A DNA stretch of 64,000 nucleotides from Utricularia gibba (taxonomy: Eukaryota; Plantae; Magnoliophyta), in the NCBI GenBank assembly GCA_002189035.1, contig NEEC01000011.1, positions 2,976,001 through 3,040,000 on the forward strand, given 5' to 3'. Positions 25,331 through 37,843 of the stretch are shown in pieces. The notes under the pieces were generated by a model. It did no database searches, was not told where the DNA came from, and saw nothing but the letters and a program-made list of their open reading frames with translations. Numbering within the stretch: the stretch's first letter is position 1; each line of letters starts with the position of its first letter. Both the position numbers and the translations under genes were made by a program.

Positions 25331-26611
25331 CTAATTAGAAATACAGCAGACCACATGACAAGGGAAACTCAACTAACATGGAATACCACTTGCGAAAGAG
25401 AAGTTCAAAATAATTACCTCGATTTCACAAACTTCAGATATGATGAGGTTCTTTTGTTGCTCAAACAAATGGTCATCTAGAAGCTTCCGTAAGGTGAATA
25501 AGGTTTCATCACCTAATTCATCAATATCAATTTCGATCTCATCCTCATCTCCACCATTTGAACTCTGTGACCTTAAAAACTCAACTATGCTTTCAGGCAG
25601 ATCACCACCAAAATCTTCCAATTCTCTACTCATTCTAAGCTTCTCTTCATCGGTCATCTTCTGGACTGTGGGTTGAAGAATAACCTCTTGTCGAACAGGC
25701 GTCATCTTCCTCTTCTTCAGGGGGGACGCTGGCTTTATTATTTGACTGTCAGCGATAATTCCTGGAGTTTTAGATAGGGATTTGGAAGTGCTTTTTGCAA
25801 GTTTTTTCTCTATAGCTTTCCATCTAACTTCAAAGAACTGGGACATTGTTTCAGCCATAACGTGGACATCTGAACCAGGTGGATTGTAGGTTTTTGCATT
25901 ATTAAACGTCAGTCTGACATCATCCAGGAAATCCATCGGGCTCGAGTACATCCCAGAAGATAGCTTTTTCTTTACCGTCCCAAGATCCATGGGATTCTTA
26001 ATAATATCAAAGTAATCAGGAATCTCCAATAGCACCACATCAACAGGAGTGTTAAATACCCAGGCATACTGCTGTGACATCAGCTTCTTCAGCAAACTTT
26101 CACACTGCTTAAGTAATTCAGCATCAGCAGTTGCACGAACTTTTTGATTAATTGATTCAAATCTTCCAGTTACACCTCGATTCAAGCCGTTCACCTTTTC
26201 CCTTGATCCAGAACCTAAACCCGGGGGTTTTTTCACACCACCAGTGTGTGGCCGTTTCTTTACTCTCTCTGATCCGGAACCCAAAGCAGATGACTGTGCA
26301 GCTCCATTAACACTAGTTTTCTTCTCTGACTCGATTTTTTGTTGTAAATCTTGAATCTTTTTTAGCTCAGATGTCAACCGGTGTACTAACTTCTTTCTAT
26401 CAAACGAGGACAGTTTGGAAATGGAGATAACCTGCATTGGCACAGAAAAACCATCTCTGGAAGAAGAATTCGCGTCTATCCATTTCCTCGATAGAACATG
26501 AGGATTTTCAGCAGAATCAATGTTTCCCGACTCATTCGATCCTTCAGATGCATCACGGGGAGCAAAACTAGTCGAGAACCCCGGTGCAAACCTATCCTTC
26601 TTAGCCATCAT
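23719..26611 (-). CDS. GTE8/9/11-type BET protein (bromodomain + ET domain + C-terminal coiled coil); exon 3-4 junction problematic
   Basis: Bromodomain ([11 protein letters not shown]...[15 protein letters not shown]...[14 protein letters not shown]), ET domain ([21 protein letters not shown]), then [48 protein letters not shown] and [11 protein letters not shown]...DVEEGEID. Confidence 0.9.
25302..25329. repeat. (GA)14 microsatellite, serving as the (TC)14 polypyrimidine tract of the GTE exon-2 acceptor
   Basis: 28-nt perfect dinucleotide run just upstream (minus strand) of the AAG acceptor at 25300-25298. Confidence 0.9.
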
Positions 26612-27734
26612 GAAGCCAATAATCCCCAGAACTCAGGATCCAGTAATTCCAAACTCGCCTCTGCATAAAATCAAAGAAACCCCACAAAATTTGTAAATAA
26701 AAAACAAGAGACCAACACGAACTACCCTCGATCCCATAATGACAACATCAAATAAGCGGATTTTGATACCTAGTTTTTCCAAAATACTCAAATGGGAAAA
26801 GCATATCGAACTGTATTACTAATTGCGATAAAAAGTCTAAAACTTTCAATTTCAATCCAGAGAATAATAACTTACCTTGACGGGAATCGAATCCTCGAGA
26901 GTTGCTACAAAAACCTCACTCCCAGTACAGAAGCACAATCCACTATCAAAAACAAGCGCCAACAGCTTTTACTAAAAACGAATCAACACGAAAGCAAAAA
27001 TGAAACCCTAGAATCGCGAAATCCACAACCCCAATCTGAAAATCCAGAGAGACGAACAAGGAAAGAGGCGGGCTGCAGTATTTCCGGAATCCTAGGGCTC
27101 CAGACCCCTCTCCAACAAACGACGGCAGCAGCAAGCGACGGCGAATTAAGAAATCGCGAAGCCTCTAGAAAAAAAAAAAAAAAAAAAAAAAACGACGAGC
27201 AAATTGATTTTTCCGCCAACTAGAGAGAGAAAGTTTAACAGAGTGAATAGAGAGAGAGAGAGAAAAAAGCTCGGGACGGCCGCTAGGTGGGCCCAGCCCA
27301 CAAGCCACATCATCAAATTCCCCCCACCCCATCATTTCTGCGCGTGGTGTCACCGCCACCCGTACATTCGACACAACCCAAGGCACGCCACGCGTGTCCT
27401 TACTCCTAATACCCGAGTCCGGATTTGGGGACAATTCTATCGGACCCGACCCGAATTCAGTTACCCAAAAAGGATTATGAACCATGGAACGTTACACCCC
27501 AAAGATGGGTGAATTTGGGTATCAAGATGATGCTCTCTTGGACACCTGGGTTTGCTCATTCACAAACAACAACAGTCAAGGAAGAATGCGGACCAATAAG
27601 AAGGGAGGCCCAGGCCCATGTTCTCCAGATATCAGTGCCAGCTGATTTTGCAACAACAGCAGGGCACAGATACAGACAGCGACAAGGATACTTATTGACT
27701 CCCCGAATGTAACAGAGAAGCATACCGATGATGG

Positions 27735-29527
27735 CTAGTTGACGACGTCCAGAACCAACTTCCTTGATTTGAGAACAGACCACTTCATTCGCCTGTAGTA
27801 GCCGGCCTGAAGGAGAGCAAGCGACAGGACGAGTATCCACTTGAATCCCATCTGTGCGTACACGAGGAAAACAAGCTGAGTTCAAAAACTCGTCAAGTGA
27901 TAAGGTGTTCGTTGTTGCTACTCACCAGTTTCCTCTCTTCCATCTCAGGCTCTGCTGCCCACGCCAAAAATGTCACCACGTCCTTTCCCATCTAAAGAGG
28001 CAGGAAGAAAGGAACACGATGATAAGAAAATCTATCTATCTTCAACAGTTGTATACGAGGATAAAGTATCTAAACCATCTTACTTTAAGCTAGCAAGGTA
28101 TTGAAAATGTAATAAGTAGACTGCGGAGTTTTCAAACAACTACCACATTTAATATCTAAGTTGGTGTCTTTAGATTCTGCAAAAGCTACTTTGATGCCCA
28201 CCCCAATATCTGAACAAGAAGAACGAATGCGGCCTACCTGAGCTTGTGTAGCAGGAGTACCATCTTCGTACTCTACAGTTCCATCAATAAGCATTTGGGG
28301 CATGGCAATAGCACCCCCAGGGAAGTATGGATTATAGTGTAATCCTTCACGAATCTGAAAGACAAATATAAAATGAGAAAATTAGAACCCAAATTTACGC
28401 ACACGAAGTGGAAGCTATCACTACAATTTCTATGAATATGTTAAGAAGTAAAGGGACCTACGGAGATTCCAGCAGGAGGCTCACGGTAACCAGTTAAAAG
28501 TGAAAAAACATAGTTTTGGCCATTATGACGTGCCTGCAAAATATAGTTTCGAACAATTATGTCGTTGCCAAAAAGCACAAGTTTTAAATAAAATAATTTT
28601 TTTTGATAAAGACATGTAAAGAAAAAAAGTACTTTCGTTATGAGGCTTAGATCGGGAGGATAGGCTCCCCCATTTGCAAACCTAGCAGCCTGCTCATTTG
28701 CATATGGTTGAGGAAAACGATCACTCAGTTTCCCAGGACGAGTGAACATCTCCCCCTCATCATTTGGCCCATCAACAACCTCAATCTCGGCAGCCATAGC
28801 CTTAGTTTCCTCCTCTGTGTATGCCACACCCACCAAGTCACGATAGGAGACCAAGCTCATAGAGTGGCAAGAAGCACAGACTTGCTGGTACACCTGGTGA
28901 CCACGCCGAATCCTGTACATTGACAAGATACTTAGTTATAATCTTTGAAATGCACTATGCGAACAGCACAATATTAATATTGGTGATGGTGAGTAGATTT
29001 TGAAATTGAATAAAAGCAACTTGTAGGTAAGAATCATTTGCGAAGAATATAACAACATTAATTGGAAACATAAATAAGCCAGTGAACTCACGAAGCATGG
29101 TCATATGAACTTAAGATTCCCTTGTGCGGCCATGGATAGCTAGGGGCATCCAAACCATGTTCAGCTTCATCACAGGATGAGATTGTTGAAAAACCCAGAA
29201 GTCCTGTTACACCTGCTCCAAACAGACAAAAAGCCCTAATAGACTTCCCCGTGGTAGCTTGTTGTTGCTCACTTTTGGAAGCAGCAGACGCAAAAAATGG
29301 TGAAATCTGTAAAGGATCAAATATCTAAATTAGTCACTTGCCACCATGAAAGGGAATGATTCAACAGTATCGAAAGTTTGATAATCTGCTCTCCTTCTAC
29401 GACATCACTCAAGCAATCTACATTCCAAACATGAAAAAGGTAAACACATAATCAACAAGAAACTTACATTTTTCCCAGAGCGCAGTCCATCCCTCAGCAA
29501 CTGCTTAATCCTGCTGCCTCCTAACAT
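27735..29527 (-). CDS. CYC1: Mitochondrial cytochrome c1 (complex III), 7 coding exons
   Basis: DEAEHGL...[34 protein letters not shown] (CxxCH heme motif), [30 protein letters not shown]...[10 protein letters not shown]. Confidence 0.97.
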
Positions 29528-30613
29528 CTTGAGCAGTATCAGCCTGCTACTTTTTCAAAATAAATAAACTAGGCTTCAACATATTGCAGATTCTATTAAT
29601 CGAAACTAATCCCTATTTCCGGATCCCTTTTACCACAAGAATAAACATATCGAGCCCAAATACAGTCAACACCTACCTGCCTGAATGATTCCTAATGTGC
29701 GGAGATCAAACAATAAACACTATCGAGTCAAGTCCTTGTAAATCGTTAATAGAAAGAGTAATCGTAGGTATTACCAAAGAAATGTCCGCAATCCAAGTAT
29801 CACACCGACACACCGAAATCCCCTTCCAATAGAATGCGGGGCTTAACGGTTAAAACCTTCTATAGAATTAAAAAAAAAAAATCACCTTCGAATTCGGAGA
29901 AAATTGAACCGTGGCCGGCGACGGGGATCCGACGGAGGAAGGGAACCAGACGACTGGAATGAAATTGGTTGGTAATTGGTCCGTTTCATACAACTGAGTT
30001 GGGGCGCTATTGCCCATCATAGTTTCCAGCTAGGCCCAGCTCATTGACATAAAGCCCATAGTCTCTTCCCACTGCCGGCCCGCACAACAGAAACGCATGA
30101 ACAACGAGCGCACATATCCGCGTCCCCAAGATTCACACTTTCATGAATTTCCAGTATTTCCGTCGTGCCGGCGCCGCGTCTCCTTCTCTCATAAATGATT
30201 CTTCTTCTACTTCTATGCCTTCCCATTCCGGTCAAGAATGCTGGGGTCTGCCCATGGAAGCCACAAATCCGCCGCCATAACGGCGCTCGTTTCCCTCCTT
30301 GATATTGCCTTCATGCTCCGAGCCAACCCTGACTTTAGATTTCCTGAAGACATCACTTACCACCAACAGCTCGCTTCTCTTGTCTTGCGTTGCAGCAGCA
30401 ATGGCATATGGGAAGAGGGATCGAGGTCGCGCTACCCAAAGCTGTCAATATGGGAATTGGGGAGAACAAAGCCGATATTGAAACCTGATTCGTTTTCTTT
30501 TCAACTTTTACAGATGGAACAAAGGAGTGAGTATGTCATTTGAATTGATCGTTTCTCAGTTCAGCTCTCGCAGCTTAAAGCTGTCATCCAATCCTTGTTT
30601 CTGAAATGGAGAT

Positions 30614-33392
30614 TCACCTGAAAGCAAACAGTGTAGTTTCTTGTGAGATCAGAATGCGCTTTTCTTTTTCTGCAACTGTAATGAAGGGTGTTATTTTGCA
30701 AAAGGTACCTGCTGTGTTGGACTTCATGGACATAAAAGATTTACACCTAGCAAAACAAAACACGAACTTGAATGCTGGTTGAGGTGGAAGGCTTCCATGT
30801 GGCGCTGCAGCACATCTGCAAAATTGTTGCGTTCTAAGTAATTCTTGAAAGAGAGAAATGGGGCACGGCAGTGTGTGCGGATCGAGCCAGCCAATAAAAC
30901 AAGAAAAACGATGATCCAAGATACGAACCATTTTAAAATAGCAGCGTAAGGAGCTGGGCATGGTGACACGGAATGATCTGGTAGCTCGTTAATCAGGTCC
31001 CAGGAGGCTTGCAAGCATGCATGCAACATTTTCTTTTCCAACCTGACAAGTTGTGTAGCTACTCGTAGTTTTGGGTTCAAGTTGCTGTCTGCAAGCTACA
31101 AGAGAAGAAGATTTCAGTGCTAGAGGACAAGAGGAAACATCCGGGGGATTAGTTGAAGTTTGTGAGGAGTTTCTTACCAGTGCATCGTCTTCAGAAAGGG
31201 TAGTGGGGTAAGAAGAAAGCCTCTTCTCAAAATATTCAACCAGCTGGTCGAGGACAGCACGCTCCATGCACGGACTCACCTATTTATACATGAATGTTAG
31301 AGGGCAACAGCATTTTATTTGGCATTCCTTAGTACCCAGCAACTACATGTAAACCCTAGAGATGAAAGATGTAGATGCGTAACATTACCGGGCATATTGG
31401 ACCTTGTGAAGATAAAACAGACTCCATATCTGAAGGATCAGAAACATAGCCTAGCCGTAGATAAGGTAGCATATCCGTCACGGCCTCTCTCTCCCTTCCC
31501 ACGGAAACCTGCTAAGTTCAACTGTCTTAATGTGCAAAGAAAGCCTTGGGGATAAAAGTGTACTGCAAGATCTCTACACCTGAAAGCTTTGCACTGACAG
31601 CTTCCCGTTCCTTTGAGCAGCCAATCTTTTGTCCTGGTATTGAGGATCCTCCGTATTTAAAGAAGCCTATGAATAAGAAAAATGTGATTGGTGATCCAAA
31701 AGGAAAAGGAAGCCTTGACTCAATTCTTGAGGTGCACTGCATTAAAATGGCTCTACCTCCAATAGAATTCGATCGTAAGGATTCTCCTCATCCACAAAGC
31801 CATAGTTAATTAGTAACTTTGAGTTAGGTTGTGGACCACACCTGCGAAATGGAAACCTTCAGTTATCGTAATCACTTTGATACATGAAAAGAGGTCAGGA
31901 AAGATAATGTGATAACTTCTACTAAATCTAAATATTTGGTGGGCATGAAAACTAGATGATAGAAGGTACAAAGGATGATCACCAAACAACAATAGGCTCG
32001 CCAGCTTTATAGGGACGGTCGACAACAAGTTGGACAGCCCCATCTGCAGCTGTTAGCATTGCTTTGCAGTTGCTTTGGTAGGACAATAATGGAGGTCCTA
32101 AGGGGACTAATGCAAATCTCCTTGCCAAACTGACTTTCTGGGTTCAATTTAATAGATAAGAAATCAATATATATTCTACTGAATTAACTGAACACATTAA
32201 ATGCAAAGAGTCGAGTGAGAAATTATTAATCCTGCAAACCTGCAAATGCACCACACATGATTGCACAGCCACGAAGGCTTGTTTGAAAATCTCAAAAGAG
32301 AAAGCCTCCGTGGGAATATCATACGGATATTGCTGAAAACAAACAAATGCAACATTATAAGGGGTGAAGCAGAACTTCCGGGTGCAGTATTAGTATTCAT
32401 TGTCCATACACCAGGATAAACCCGACGATTTACCTTAAATAATGATCCAGCCATAAACCACACAGTGTCCAGCTCATTGTACTCCCTCTTGATCCCTTCA
32501 GATCTCTCTAAAACTTCAGCCTGAACCATATGACGACAGAATAAGGACATTTTGATGCAGAATTGTAGTAACTATGGCACACGTAACAATTCTTGTATAT
32601 TTGAAGTTTACCTGTGTAGGACTTCCTTTCAGGTAATCTAATTCGGCTTTCGACCACAAAAGTGGTGATTCCACGGCTAACTGTCCCCTTCCTCGTTGAC
32701 GATCAAGCTCTCTGATGTAGGGATACCAGAAAGACTTTTTCCCCTGTTTCTTCTCATACATCAGATATAAAGCCAAGCAAGCCAGCTCCGACAACTTGTT
32801 CGTAGTAAGAAGTTCCGCTGTATCACGCGAAGGAAATTCACATTTGGCGTAACACTTGACAAACACATAGGAACACATAACTATCATAGAAGAAACGAAC
32901 CAACGGTCTCGTTTCCCAAAACTCTCTCCAGTGTCACCACCAACGAATTCGGTACTGAAAACACAACATCGCCTTCCTGAAAAGATATATAACGTCTTAA
33001 ACCCAATGTTCCAATTCAACTACAAGAACCGAGACTGGTACAAATGGGCAATTAGAAGGGCTGACCTGAAGGTCTTCACTAGCAGCCACATACTGAATCG
33101 GCAGGTGCTTTAAATCGTGGGAAATCCTCTCTTTAAGCAAAACTTTGCAAGGCGGTAGTCCATTTCTCTCCATCCAAGACTTCAAATCCACGTGCTCCTC
33201 CTCTTTTTTACTCGTAATCTCGCTCGCAAACACCGCCGTATCGGAATTGGAAACAGCGGACGCACTCCTCATACCGACGCGCTTCTGCCTTCTGAAGACG
33301 GAAGCAAAAATCGGAATCGGAGAACGAGGAACCAATGCCGGCGGCCGTACAAACGACGTTGAAATGCATCGCGGATTCTGCAGCAGTTCCAT
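30614..33392 (-). CDS. Plastid Rubisco-methyltransferase-like SET-domain protein (SAFE1-like); exact stop uncertain (about 30929 or 30614)
   Basis: Transit-peptide-like N-terminus, then ELLTTNKLSELACLALYLMYEKKQGKKSFW, RFALVPLGPPLL, CGPQPNSKLLINYGFVDE and PDHSVSPCPAPY. Confidence 0.9.
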
Positions 33393-33616
33393 CTTCAGTG
33401 ACTCTAGCGGCGCATGCAGTGAAAATCAAACTACTCTTCCCGCATACAAGGAGCTCGGCGCTTGCTTTCTTGGATCAGATTGCATATGGAATGGAGGGGG
33501 TCTCACTCAGTCCCACGCACAAGTGAAGATATCACGACCCTCGAGAACCAATGAGATTCCACTACCCGACCCGCAAGTGGATTCCTTTCGAGTTTCGTAC
33601 GGATTCGCCCTTGGCG

Positions 33617-33624
33617 TATTTATA
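33617..33624 (-). promoter_or_regulatory. TATA box (TATAAATA) candidate for the SET-domain gene, inside the CSN3 3' region
   Basis: Minus-strand TATAAATA about 117 bp past the CSN3 stop and about 225 bp before the SET ATG. Confidence 0.4.
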
Positions 33625-33740
33625 AAGAATGAAAATTTCAGCATGCTTTACTCAAACTCCAAACCACAATGTTGGAACATGCTGCTGCTGCGTTCTCTTC
33701 AAACTACAACTACCATATTCCCCAGCAAGTGCTAGGGATC

Positions 33741-36207
33741 TCAAATGTTGAATCTTGATGGAACTGAGTCGAAATCGTCGAAGTCGAATCTGGAGCGCTC
33801 CTTCCCCGCCTAGTTTGAGGATCGATCAAAAGGCAGTGAGAAGTGCTGCACCAGTGTTAGGAGTCTACTGGAAAGGAGATGGATGGTTCGCATACCTTTC
33901 CTTGGTAGAGAGTATCACAGAGCATAATCTCATTCATTGCTGTTAGCTTCTTTGAGAGCCTCATGAGCCTAAACATTTACAAGAGAAACTGTGTTAGTGG
34001 CTGCAGGAACATGAAAACGATTCTCGTGGTAAATGGTTGAACCTCTGAATGGATGAGTCGACGTGCTCGATCATCTCACAAGATTTATACTGCTCGGGGT
34101 CTTCAAGGAACCTCACCATGCCATCCTTCTGGTTGATGGTTGCATAAATTTCGCCATCCTGGATCTACATGGGAGAAGAGAGAGCAGGAAGGGGTCACAC
34201 AAATGTGAAGTGTGGTTCTCATTTGAATCCTGAAGTTTGACATACCATTTGGAGCACATGCATTTCGGCTTCCTTCGGGGAAGGTAGCTGGACTGTATTT
34301 GCGATATCTTGGAGTGACAAGGTGAGATATGTCTGAGTTAGCCTCTGAATGTTACGTTTATACATGGATCTCACCACTTGCTTCACTAATCCAAGATTCT
34401 TGTCCTGCCAAGGATGTTGGGTGTACAAGGGCCAGCCTCCATTAACAAAAGTTCATTTTTCAATTTTGAAACTGAAGAAGCTTACCCTATCGAATGTGCC
34501 CATGTTTGCTTGCACGTATGCCTCAAGCTCTGATACCTTCCCGGTGTCATAACTACCTACGAGATCAAGATATGACTGCACAAAAGGAAAATGGTATTAG
34601 AATAGAGGTTGCACATAGCCCTGAGGGAGGTTTCAAGATAAAGTAATGAGTCACAGCTTCTCAATACCGAATAAAAGCAAAACGAAATTTAAGTTGTAAA
34701 ACTGATGCTTGAAAACTTTCAACTAGGAACATAATGAGAGAATTCAGACACCTGGGGTGTTACACACCTGACAGAAATTTTTCAGATTCCTTTGAGCAGC
34801 GGGTGAAGTATATTTGGGGAGAGTTGTAGAGAATTGTCCCAGATGAATGAGAGAAACCAGAATGTATTTCTTGTAAGCTTCAACAGCAATTGCACTAACT
34901 ACGGACATAGGTGCTGTTACTACCTGGTACACAAAGTTAGTGAGAATGAATTATTTCATTGAAGATTTATTCCACTCAATGTGACCAGAAAAAGTTACGC
35001 GTACATTGTGTAGTAAATCCAAAGCTTTGCCAAACTGCTTCATCCCAATGCAAATCATACCCCTGATGTCCAACAAAAAGGTGAAAGCACACGCCAATAA
35101 GCACATGAATTTTATAATGAATGCAGAGTAGAATAAGCGGTACCAAAACAGAGAATCTAAAGCAAAGAGGCAACCTACCCATAATAACAGTATAAGAAAA
35201 GATCACGAGGCTGATCAACCTCAAAGATACCATCATCCAAGATAGATAGACCTGTTTTATAGCATTTTGAAGACAAACATAGAAGAAGAAAGTCTGGATG
35301 TAATGTTGTCAATTGCTCGGAGGAGGTTTGGAGCTTCCGCAGAGCAGTTAACATTGGGAGCACACCACGCATGGGGTCATCAAGTGATATAACATAATCC
35401 TTCAACCTTTTGCAGATGGATACAACTGCAAGGCATGTAAGAATAAGTTCAAAACACTAGACAGAAGGTTTAGGAACCAAATAAAAAAAACCAAGAATAA
35501 CCGTAGTACATTTCTCAGGAGCTAAACGGATTTGCTCAGGGCTGCACAAGTTAATGAAACTTGTTATTTTAAGCAGGAGTTCATTTAGCTGTTCCTTTGC
35601 GGTGGGAGCACATGTGCAAGCTTCACTGGAAAATGAAGTTAGGACAACAAACATCAATCTGAATAACCACAGAAGGGAATTTCCAAACGACCACACCACC
35701 TAAATGACCGATAATCCGCAATTGACTGGAGGTGAATGCCAAAAAAGTGCATACAAACCACAGAAGAAACTGAAAAGGTACTAAATATTGAAAATCAGAG
35801 ACTGTAAATGAAACCAACAAATAAAACTCCCCCAAAACCCTATTGCCCGTAAAACTTGAAGCCCGATTCAATAACAAAGCTGCATTCCAGAAAACAAGAA
35901 GCCCGATACTAGCGGACGACTACCCATCCACAAAACGCCTCGAAATGTAAATATTCGAGAAACCACGTCGCGCTAAACCTCATCGCAACAAAATAACAGA
36001 TAACACTCACAATATGTAGAGATAGCCGAGGGAATGTACTAAGGGATCGAGTTCGCTGAGGAAAGGTTCAAGCCTCGCCGGTTCAGAGAGGATGGAATCT
36101 TCGGACTGTTTCAAGTAGGTCCGAAGCTGATTCAAATCACCTATGTTGCTGGACAAGCCTTGGATTTGAGCCACCAGTGACTCCGCGGAGTTCATATTCA
36201 AATTCAT
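33741..36207 (-). CDS. CSN3: COP9 signalosome subunit 3 (PCI domain), 9 exons
   Basis: [102 protein letters not shown]. Confidence 0.96.
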
Positions 36208-36705
36208 TACTTCAGCCGGCGCGGCTCCCTCCCTCTACCTTCCAATTTGGCGGAAAAGAAGAGCCGGTTGAAGACGATGATAGAGAGCTATCTCTGCGAG
36301 AGGCAATGGAGATCAGGAATTCTATGTGAAGAAAGGGCTTTAGAAACTTTTATATTTCTTTATTTATTTACTTATTATTATTATGATCCTCTTTAGCAGT
36401 CTCTGTAATTTACCCTTCACTCCAACTGGCGTGTTAAGAGTGCTCCACATAAAACCAGCAATTCCGTACAACGGGAAATGGAAGGGGAAGCACAGCTTCT
36501 CATTCTCATCCTTCTGGATTCGACATTCATTCTCTTCCTAAACATTCATCCTCGCCTTGAGCTTTTTGCTACACGGGTTTCTTGTTCCTTTTACGAAGGA
36601 AAAATGGATTCAGATCCAATTCAAAATTTCAGATCACCTTTAAACAATTCAGAATGCAACAACGCCACAGCCATTACGTACAGTGGCTACAAGGAGCAAG
36701 GTACA

Positions 36706-37436
36706 TCACTGTGGGATATCTCCAACCGGAAGATCCCAGTTGTCATCATCCTCCTTCTTGGGCTTAGCTACGGCCTCTTGCCGATCCCCCGTCCCATTTC
36801 TAGCCTGAGGACGTCTGCAAAAGAAGTCACCACAACCATTTAAACTGAGCATCATTCGGAAACAGGCTACCAAATTCCGTCGAATTGATCAAAATGAGAA
36901 CAAATCGGTAAAGATTTACTGGCTAGCTAACGCCTAGTGGTTTAACACAGCAAAATGATTAAATTAAGAGTTCGCGATTAGGGTAAAGACAGACTAACAG
37001 TATCTTTAGGGTATGTGATCGTAGAGTACCTGCGGCGATTGCGCTTAGCGGCTTCACGAGATTTACGCTTCTTCTCGTCTTGCTTGTTCTCGAAGAATCT
37101 CCGCCGCTTACATTCCTGAATGATTCCGGCCCTCATAACCTCCCTCCTGAACCGACCGAGCAGCCTCTCCTCCGGCTCGGTTTCATCCACAATAACCTGC
37201 ACATTATACGCCGATCGGAAGAACATCGTGTTCGCATACGCAAGCGAAGGGCACACCACCGATGCGATGTCGTTGTTGCTAGGTAATGACGTATTCGACA
37301 ACACCAACGGACGGCTGACTTGCGGCGCCGGAACCTCCACTGAGAGATTCGGAGGCGGAAGCTTCACCGCAGGCGGAGGCGCCGATTTCAGGAAATTGAA
37401 GGAGGAGAAGAAATTCTGCAGAGAGGTAACAGCCAT
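36706..37436 (-). CDS. GHS1: Plastid ribosomal protein bS21c (GHS1-like), 2 exons (intron 36815-37029)
   Basis: CPSLAYANTMFFRSAYNVQVIVDETEPEERLLGRFRREVMRAGIIQECKRRRFFENKQDEKKRK, ending EDDDNWDLPVGDIPQ*. Confidence 0.92.
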
Positions 37437-37843
37437 TTGAAGCAAAACTGACCGGTGGAGCTTCGGATAAGAGCTTATGAGCAGAGCAAAAGCAACTCAA
37501 TCAAAATCCCCATGGCTTCTTGGGCCTTATCTCATGAGCCAGCCTACATTAATTTGGGCTCCTTCCATATCAGTTTTGTACAGAAATAGTGGGTACCCTA
37601 TCGTCCGCCACCAATGTGGGGCCCATCGTCGAGCATATTAGAGTTATTAAAAATAATAAAGACTAATTATATCTGATTAAAAAAATTAAAGATTCTTTAT
37701 GTTTGATAGGTTAAAATTTGAAATTAATTAAATAAGTATTAAACATATTATTTAAATATCTATAACTAAACGTATCATTTTACTTCCACTGCAAGTGCAT
37801 TGCCGCCCTATGTGTATGATACAGAGTAAATTTGCTTACATCT

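Noticed and set aside
26870-26900. GGATTCGATTCCCG resembling a tRNA T-arm
   Set aside because: No cloverleaf; it lies at a GTE 5'UTR exon/donor boundary.
36478-36843. 121-aa plus-strand ORF with hydrophobic stretches
   Set aside because: Antisense to bS21c exon 2 and its 3'UTR; no recognisable family.
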